Origin: Phoronis australis
Taxonomy: Eukaryota; Animalia; Phoronida
DNA: 42,177 nt
Reading direction: 5' to 3'
Assembly: GCA_002633005.1 (NCBI GenBank)
Contig: NMRA01001186.1
Location: forward strand, 1-42,177
A program made the position numbers and the translations under genes. The notes under the pieces are model-generated. The model ran no database searches. It worked only from the letters and a program-made list of their open reading frames with translations, and was not told the origin of the DNA. How positions within the stretch are numbered: the first letter of the stretch is position 1; every line of letters starts with the position of its first letter. Below are positions 33,063 to 42,177 of this stretch, piece after piece.

Positions 33063-34443
33063 CAGTATTCGCCGTAATAACCGCCCATGCCCCTATAAGC
33101 GCCCCCCACGCGTTTTCAGACTTTGCTGAAATAAGCGCCCAGTCCATGAACGTGTACATGCGAACAATGACGGAGCTACAGTCCTAAAACTCGGCTACAG
33201 TAACGTCTTCAAGTTTTCAAAAAAAAAATTGCACGGGTCTTCTAGACCACTGCTACGTTTGTATTTAGCCATGACAAAGTAACGCAGCGCTTCAAAAAGA
33301 ACGCAACAGCGTTGCTACACTCTCGCGACGACCGTGTCCTACTATGGTCTGACCTTTCAGTAGACACATCGACTGTCTCATGAATAAAGATAACTCGGTG
33401 TCACACGCACGTGGCCAGGAAGCGCGCGCTACATAACCTGTCATCAAAGACATTAGTTGGGAACTATCCATTCATGAAGCGGGTAGCATAGCATCGATAA
33501 GAAATGAATATTGGAACTAATTTCCGACAATTTCTAATACTATAAACATGTTTGCGTTATTTTTTAAATGGATTGTTTGGTTAACCATAATTGGTGTTAT
33601 TAAGCCGAATATCCGATAAAATGACAACTGACAGTGAATGCTTACACACCCTTATACCGAAAAATAACTGTCAGATAGTTACGTACGCATCCAGCTACAC
33701 GGCGACTAATATGGGCCTTGCCGAGACAAATGTCGAAAGTTTTTAGCACGAGACCGGCAAGTGCTGAATGAAACACGCTCTGGTTTAGGTCTACTGCTTG
33801 TGCAAATTTCTTTAGACACATCTAGCTAGTGAGATTGCGTGGCTCTGGCCGAAAGACGGTCTCTGCTTTGGCAAATGAACTCTGGTGACACGCACGTGCT
33901 CGCTTACTCGCAGACGAACTTCAAAACAAACGTCACGTGACAACAACATGTGTGTTCGTCCAGACATTTTTCTCGCCGTGTTGCCGATCATACATGTAGA
34001 TGGCACGATGTTGCACAGATTTATACTTAAACCTGCCATTGATCCAGACTCCACGGGAACTTAAAAACCTTAGAGACGCTACTTATAAAATTTAATGAGG
34101 ATTTCAGGTACTTTATCGAAACCATTTTTATTCAAGCATTGAAGTCGCCATATCGAAGACGGCGATTTCGAAGCAGTCAGTTGGCGAGTTTTCGCCCTGG
34201 GATTTCAGCACAATTTTCTGTAAAATGATCGTAATTTAGCAGCAAAGTTTGATAGCAATGCACCACAGTTTTGTTGAAAGTCTTTCATAGATTACATGCG
34301 TCACAGAGCGTAAATTTGATGAATCTTAGCTTCCGATTTCACCCGTTTCGGCGACCGGATTTCAACCGCCTTGGGTTATAATAAGCGCCCCCCCTGAACC
34401 GAACTTTTCTAAGCGCCCTGGGCGGTTATTACGGCGAATACGG
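33063..34443 (+). mobile_element. Complete non-autonomous Tc1/mariner (pogo-type) DNA transposon, 1381 bp
   Basis: TA on both sides; 25-bp TIR C(A/C)GTATTCGCCGTAATAACCGCCCA with 1 mismatch; no transposase ORF seen. Confidence 0.9.
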
Positions 34444-37400
34444 TATGCGGTTATTGGGTTTTCTCCTCTGTGTCTCAAAACATAACAATGAGGGCTCATA
34501 ATTCGACAGTGGATAATGTATATGTCAGTGGTCACCCTGTGATCACGAGTCTCGTAATTAAGCGATTAAACTTGTGCTAGGATTATTTTTGATCAAAAAA
34601 TGATGTTTGTAGACACCTTTATTTCGCGAACTTGGCTTGGTTTTCCTTGCTACTGTCATAAGCTTGTAAATGAATTGCTCATTTTCATTTTCTAATTCTT
34701 CAAAACTTGTTGATGAGTGTGCGTCTTCGAGCAGTCTCTGGAATACAGACTTCGGACTTGATAAAGTGGTGTAATTTGGATTTATCCAGTGTATGCTTCA
34801 AGGTCAGAATTTGACAATTTAGCATGAAATTTTTGGCTATGGTAAAATATCACAAATTCTGATAAAAATAATTGCCAATTGTCAATTTTTCAAATGTTTC
34901 TAACATTGTTGTGAACACCCACAATTTCTCAAAAGATTGTTTTATGGCGTTGGCATGGGACCTGATAATGAAGCCTATATATACGTGGTGCTACCAGTGC
35001 TTTATGAAAAACATTAATATGAGTAATATTTCACGTAGTACAAAACGTAATGTCCTAAATTGTTGACATTTTACCATAGGTCTTATAGTTAGTAGCTATT
35101 AGTCTTTTTTGGGAAATATTTCCCAAGAATTGGTTCCGAGTCTCGCCTAGTTGGAGGTGAACAAATGTCTGGTACATAAATTAATGGTCTTCAAAGTCAT
35201 ACAGGCTGTTTTCAGAAAGTGCAGGCAAAATCCCTGGTGCTTGAAAAAAAATTGATAAATTTTAGGGGTAGAACCTTACATTACTCATTGACAGTGACTG
35301 AAAGAGTGTCACCTACAACTGGTCCATTTCTGGGGTTGTCGTTTGAGAGAAATGGTAGTTACTGCCTCTGAGGTCCCTCAAACGGAACTTTCTCATAATG
35401 TCATTTGTGAAGATTTGTTATTGAAATCTTTGTCTGACCTTAGTTTGGTGAAATAAAGTCTTTTCTAATGTTACCAGGCTTGAAGTTAATGCAACTGTTT
35501 TATTTTACTAGTGACGATTTCTGAAGTAGACAGTGCAGTTCTCCTAGTCAAAATAGAGCAACCCTCTCAGTTGTCGTATGTTTACTCTAATTTCAAGACT
35601 AGACTGCATATTCCGTTGCACCTCAGTGGCTGCCTCTTCATAATCTGTACTATCAGCTTACCTGTTGTGTCTCTAGGTTTCCATGTTCAAATATTAATCC
35701 GACAAATTAAGCCACTGTCCATCATTTTACAAGATTGAAGGTCTGACTAGTGTATTGCACTTCCATTATTGAGGTAGCTATAGGGCTTTCAATACCATTT
35801 AACATGACCTAGGTGATGGATTCCGTACTCTATAGACTAATTCAGGTCTCTAGCAATTGATTGCCTAATAGTGCCATCCCTACAATACTGTCCCCATGGA
35901 AGCAAGGCCAGTAAATGTATATGTTACACATGTTCTTAACTTGATACTGGTAAATAGACTTGTGTTATCTGTCTGGCTCAGATTTTGCTGCAGAATTGGG
36001 TCATGTAGGACCCTAGAAAAAAGCCCAAATTTACCTAAGTTCGGAACATCATGTCTCAGAAATAACTGACTGGATTCATATGAAACTTCAGGTACTACGC
36101 TGTGTACTATGCTGTGTGCACTGTTCTCCAAAACGCTGTTATTATTTTTATTTAAAATGATCCACTTTTGCATGAGACTGTCAAAAAGTGGTTTTCATGA
36201 TTCAAGTTAGAAGATTGGTAAAAGGTAAAAAATAGAATCCTACAAGCTTTCTACTTTCAGGAAATGCATACTATAGTTTTGTAGATATTTGACTAAATAC
36301 GTAGTTTGTGGGTAAGGTGCTGTGTATACCATAAACCTACAGAATATTGATTTTCCTTTTGAAACTTTTATGAGGAGGCTTACAGTTGATATCCAACCTG
36401 ATATTTTCATCAGTTACAGTTTACCAGACACCTTGCAATGACACAAAGGTATCTCAGGCATTGATAATTCAGTTAAAATGGGATTCTACCAGTCCCAATC
36501 AGGTGATCAACTGAGGTAGACCTTAGTAGTGTAAACACAGACTTGGCAGTTCTGTTTTGCTTTGAACCCTAATAGAGATGTATTTGAACAGAGTACATTC
36601 ATACGGCTTTGCATAGAAGCATTGAGTGTCTATGAATGCATGAGTTGCTATTGCAACATAGGGTCTAGAAGTGCTTTGACAACTGCAATGAATGCATTGG
36701 TAAATATGAAAGTATGACGTATGTAGCAAAACAGCCATGCCAAACAATGGGTTAGTTCCGTTGTACCTTTAAAGAATGGTTGCTTTCCTATAAATCTAGG
36801 AAATGAAATTATATCAGAGTTAAGAATCTACTTTTTTACTATTTTATGACATATTCTAAAATTATTTCCTAGTCAACACGTCGTTTTTGTTGACTTCATT
36901 CTTGCAATATCAATTATATTTAGAAACAGATTTTATAATAAAAGAATCGTGGTGGCCTTTAAAGCAAAATTTTTCAAATACAGTGCAAGACAAAACTAAT
37001 CTGACAAAGTAATGTTTGTCTGTCGTGATGGCTAGTCCTGTTAACAGTAAAAATGACTGGTGATAACTCTTGGCAAGATTCTTATTACAGAATGACTAAG
37101 ATATTCTTTGTTAATATCCCTTCATTCTTGGTCATGAGTCACGACTGCTCTGTTTATGAATATGGCTTATCACGCCCAACCATCATGACGGAATTTGGGA
37201 TCATTTTATCCGAATACGTTTGGCTTGTACTTGGATTTGTCATCACAAATACTGGTATAATCGAATTAGCATCAAATATAATCGAATCAAGAAATAACGT
37301 TGCAACATACTATTTTTGCTTGTTTCCTTTGATCATAATCAAGGCAGAGTCTAGTCTACAACTTGGCTAATTGGTAGCAACAGGAAATTAAATTTTGTTT

Positions 37401-38477
37401 TATAACACAAAAATAATTCTACTTTATGTTTATGCCGAGTTTCGCTGTTCAACTGTCCCCTGATTCTCAATTTAATTTTACTGTTTGGTAGTCTTTGAAG
37501 AATAGAACGACTGTTCTGACAATTGCTTTTGCAAAGTAAAAATAGAACACAAAATTGTGTGAGCTGGATCTATTGATTAGACTACCTAATGCAAAAACAA
37601 CAAAAGTCTAGTTTTCTGAGAACTTACTTGAACAGAATACTCTGGAATGTTGCTGTGGCTCTTTTTACTTAATGAGAAATACGGCTGTCTACACTTCTGC
37701 AAAAATTACGCTCCACTGTGTGGCGTGACGGAATCGAAGGGTCCTCTGGGACAGTGACTCACATCCATTTTGTGCAAGCAATTAATAAACATGATAATTA
37801 CATCTGGGCTTTTGTGGATGTGATTTGAGTGATTAGTGAGATGCATTGGTTGAAATTTCGGAATTTGCTTTGTGTTTCTGACTCTCCCAAGTTGGTGTGC
37901 TGGCTACTTTGGTCAGTGTATAACGAGAGGAACTGCGGTATACTTGTTGGACAGCAGCTCCAGGTGGCTGAATCAAAAACAAGTTATCCTAAAGTTGACG
38001 GCTTCCTGTCTGTTGTGGGAGATAGTTGCAATTTCCCAGTTGAAAGAAAGTATGCAACTAAGTTTTCATTCACGCCAATCACTTCACCTGGGTCAAATGT
38101 CGCTAATCTACATGATTGTGTGAATGTAGGTTTTTGTCAAACCTGTTCAATTTGCCATTGATTCCCACTAGTGCTACGCTCTCTTAGTGGCAGTTATATG
38201 TTTTGACTTTCACCTTGTTATCTACCAAACTGCTTGATTGAAATTCAGTTGTCTGTGTTTTAATGAATTAAAAAATTTTCCGTTCCGGTTTTGGATTACT
38301 AGTGTAGCACTGTTTAGTGGGAATTAATTCTAAGGTGTCGAGTGCTGTTCGCATCTGAGTGGAATGTTTTATACAATGTCTTGCAGTGGTATTTGACTTG
38401 TTTGTGGTGGACGCATGAGACGAAGATCAATGCTATAATTTCCATTTTTCAAATGCTTTCTACACAGCTGTAGTTAT

Positions 38478-38700
38478 CAGGGGCGGATCCAGGATTTTGA
38501 GTTAGGGGGAACAGGGCACAGTAATAACCAGAATTTCGCCACATGCGTGCGCCGAGCCTAAAATGTAGGGATGCAAGGGTCTCGAATTTTGAGTTTGTGG
38601 ACCTAATTGCTAAAAAAAAACGGTAAACAGGGTTTGTTCATGGTATCTGGGTGAATTTTAGGAGGGGCCATGGCCCTTCGCCCCCCCAAATCCACCACTG
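38478..38700. mobile_element. hAT-like MITE, 223 bp, flanked by a 5-bp direct repeat
   Basis: Termini CAGGGGCGGAT / ATCCACCACTG; GTTAT at 38473-38477 and 38701-38705. Confidence 0.7.
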
Positions 38701-38896
38701 GTTATGCTCAGAAATTTAAAACTGCATTATTTTGACCCTGTTTAGGTGATTAAAAATTGAAAATCGTTTTATTTGTGGATTATATCTATCGTCACATTAC
38801 CCGCTTCATAAACTTTTTTTAATTTTAATTTTAATTTAATGACAGCAATTTTCTGCTTTTGAATGAAGCAAAATGTGTTCCTTTAATATCTAAGTA

Positions 38897-39441
38897 CCGT
38901 ATTCGTCGTAATAACCACCCATGCCCCTATAAGCGCCCCCTGCGCGTTTTCAGACTTTGCTGAAATAAGCACCCAGTCCATGAACGTGTACATGCGAACA
39001 ATGACGTACCTACAGTCCTAAAACTCGGCTACAGTAACGTCTTCCAATTTATCAAAAAATTTTTGCAAGGGTCTTCTAGACCACAAGCGGCACTGCTACG
39101 TTTGTATTTAGCCGTGACTATACAGTCACTTAAAGTAGTGCAGCGCTTCAAAAAGAACGCAACAGCGTTGCTACTCTCGCTACGACTGTGTCCTACTATG
39201 GTCTGACCTTTCAGTACAGACACATCGACTGTCTCAGGAATAAAAATAACTGGGTGTTGAACCTGTCATCTAAGACATTACTTGGGAACTATCCATTCAT
39301 GAAACGGGTAGCATAGCATCGGTAAGAAATGAATATTGGCACTAATTTCCGACGATTTCTAATACTATAAAACATGTTTGCGTTATTTTTGAGATAGATT
39401 GTTTGATTAACCATAATTGGTGTTTTTAAGCCGAATATCCG
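38897..39441 (+). mobile_element. Truncated second copy (left ~550 bp) of the pogo-type element at 33063
   Basis: TA|CCGTATTCGTCGTAATAACC..., colinear with 33063-33615, then homology stops. Confidence 0.9.
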
Positions 39442-39659
39442 TGTGTCATTGAAAATTGAACTTTTCCATTATTTGAATAGCAAAAATCAGTTAACTACAA
39501 CAGAAGAAAAGAGAAATAATTCGTATTGCTGTTCCTTTGTTGATATGTCACAATGAGGTGACTTGACTTGTATATACCGTGGCTCATCAGAGCTTTCTTA
39601 AATACCCTCAAAGAAAGCAGTGAAATTAGGTCATTTGACGATGTCTTGTGTCTTTCTAG

Positions 39660-39788
39660 GAAAAGTATTCCCCAAACTGAAACGGAAAGGAAGTCGTCTG
39701 CAGAATGTGGACTGTCCGGCGGATAGTGAGGAGGAAGCTACAGATTATGTGTTCAGGATCATCACTACATACAAACCTACAGTCCAGC
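39660..39788 (+). CDS. SGSM1: SGSM1/2-like internal exon C
   Basis: tttctag acceptor and gtgagt donor; G+GA = Gly continues exon B into GKVFPKLKRKG...EEATDYVFRII, as in SGSM1/2. Confidence 0.93.
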
Positions 39789-40000
39789 GTGAGTACACAA
39801 TCGTAACGCTATTTTGTGATAATACGGTCACCGTAATTCATTTGTTTCACTCAAAAATAATCGCCAAAACTGCCATTTTCCATTTTTCAAAGGCTGATTG
39901 CTATAAATTGTGGAAACGTTACCAAATATTATTTTCTCACACGACCTGGAATGTGTTACGACACGACTGGTTAATAACACTGAGTACGTAATTTTTTTTT

Positions 40001-41636
40001 AAGCGCCCACATATTTATATGGGGACGCATTGTATCGTCATCTCCGTCCGTGCGGCGTCGGCTGCTCTATCTCCAAAACCCTTTGACATACGTTCATGAA
40101 ATTTGGGACGGCATGAGCGAACTTTCGGACGGATCTGACTACTGGTGTGCCCCCCAGTGGCAGTTTTAATTAATTTTTTACGCTTACCTTTGTATCTTCA
40201 AATGGAATTTTATGAAATTTGGTATGTGGGTACCTATTAGTGAGATGACGCTATCCTCCCATTTTCGGATGGATTCAACGTAGTTTGCGCCACCTAGTGG
40301 CCGTTTTTACCGTTTTTTGCATCCACCCCTCTATCAAACAAACCGCTCAAAGGATGATTGTGAAAATTGGGGTGTATGTTCTTACTATGAAGTGGTCGTC
40401 TGACGATGATTTTCTGACGACTTTGACTACTGTGGTGCCTCCTAATGGCAGTTATGTTTTTTTGCGCCTACGGCTGTATCTCCTTAACTGTTCTCTGGAT
40501 TTTACGAAATTTAGAACGTATATTTATATGATGTTAATTACAGATAATGACAACTTTCTGACAGTTTTGACTACTGGTGTGCCACGTAGTGGCAATTTTA
40601 TTTTTTCCGATTACCTCTGTATCTTCAAAGGTCCTCAACAAATTTCTTAAAATTTTAAATATGGGGTTCTGTTAATGAGGTGTCACTATCTCTCTGTTTT
40701 GAGATGAATCCGACCTAGTTTGCGCCACCTAGTGGCCATTTTAGTGTTCTTGAGTTTTTTGGCGTCCACTCATCTATCAACCAAAACATTTTCAGGATAA
40801 ATTTGAAAATTGGCATGTTTTTACTATGAAGTGGACGGCTGACGATGATTTTCTGACGACTTCGACTACCGGGGCGCCTCCTAGTGGCAGTTTTTTGCAC
40901 TTATGGCTGTATCTCCTAAACTGTTTGCAGGATCTTTACTTAATTTAGCAAGTATATTTATATGATGTTGACTACGGACGACGACGACTTTCGGACAGAT
41001 CTGACTACTGCTGTGCCCCCTAGAGGCAATTTTAGTTTTTGACGTTTAACTCTCAGTCTGTATCTTCAAAGGTCCTCAATAGATTTTCGTAAGATTTTTA
41101 ATATAGGCTTCTATTGGTGTGATGACGCTATCTTACTGTTTTTGGATGGAATTTTGCGCCACCTAGTGGCCATTTTTGCTGTTTTCAAATTTTGTTTTGG
41201 CATCAACCCCTGTATCAACCAAATCATTTGAAAATTGGCATATATGTTCTGAGTGTGAAGACCACCTTTGATGATGGGGACTGACTACTATGGTGCCTCC
41301 TAGTGGTAGTTTTGTTTTGCGCTTATAGTTGTATCTCTTAAACTCACTGCAGGATCTTTATTAAATTTAGTAAGTGTATTTATGTGAAGATAACAACAGA
41401 TGACGACGACTTTCAGGTGGATCCAACTGACACTGTTCCCACTAGTGGCAATTTCATTTTATTCTGTTTTCCGTTGTTTCTCTGAAATTCCTTGACAGAT
41501 TTATATGAAATATGGCATGTTCCTGTTTTTGGTGGATTGTACGTTTTGCCATTTTTATGATGCAAATAAATAACCCTAAAAGCACACCATTTGCAATGCC
41601 CTTGTGGGCGCATTTCAATGCTCCGCGTTGCTCTTG
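40001..41636 (+). mobile_element. Helentron-associated element, family A copy 3 (complete)
   Basis: T-run then AGCGCCCACATATTTATATGGGGACGCAT, short GTCC/GGCGTC repeats, ~435-bp higher-order units, 3' TGTGGGCGCAT subterminal repeat plus small stem-loop and CTCTTGTTT. Confidence 0.75.
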
Positions 41637-42177
41637 TTTGATATTACATGGGTGAATCACAAAGTAGTGGAAAATAGAAATCATACGCCTTACATTTTAT
41701 TGTCTGCAAAACACTAAAATAGCCAAACATGCACCAACCAACCAGTGCCGAAATTCTGTGAAGGTGACAAGGTTATGATTAAAAAGCGTTTGTCGCAACT
41801 GTACGTACTCCCAGTCGGAATTACTGAATTACTTTACATTGCACAAGCGTGTTTCTACAAAAGTTGCGTTGTGTTGTAGAAAGTTTTAGACACGCCGAGC
41901 TTTTCAGCAAAAAATCGGGATTTTGATGAAATTTCCAAGAGATTTTGCCCATGTCATAAACGTGAGACTCGTGTACGATTCTCTACTTATGACGTCTGTG
42001 CATTATAAACCATGATAGCAATACAATCTTAAATTTAAAGCTTCTCATTGGATCCACACTTTCATCAACGTCCAAAACTAATCATGAAAAGTTAATCGTT
42101 CAAAAATGCCTGTCTTTCCAGATCAAGACTTGATGGAATCCATGTTCGACTGGAAGTTCACTGGCTTCACATTCCCT

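Overview
Eukaryotic, AT-rich, repeat-rich animal DNA, probably from a bilaterian invertebrate (inference), in a draft assembly with one 236-nt gap and four single-N joins that look like two haplotypes laid end to end. It is not prokaryotic and has no CRISPR array. Three small + strand exons (18165-18232, 19715-19879, 39660-39788) splice in phase into a segment of an SGSM1/SGSM2-type (RUTBC) Rab-GAP. The 19.8-kb intron between the last two exons holds two paralogous antisense genes, each coded by a single ORF, for roughly 8-9-TM membrane proteins of a family I cannot name (780 aa and 532 aa). A third antisense gene (2745-3773) encodes a Brainiac-like GT31 glycosyltransferase whose catalytic motifs are substituted; it is probably also inside an SGSM intron. 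The rest is mobile DNA. There are two families of Helentron-type non-autonomous elements, one carrying CTCF-like motifs about every 145 bp and the other YY1/ETS-like motifs. There is also a Kolobok-type element with a decayed THAP ORF, pogo/mariner-type and hAT-type MITEs, a LINE 3' end, and a palindromic element joining a tRNA-like head to a hammerhead-ribozyme-like module. All assignments come from reading motifs by eye; no database searches were run.
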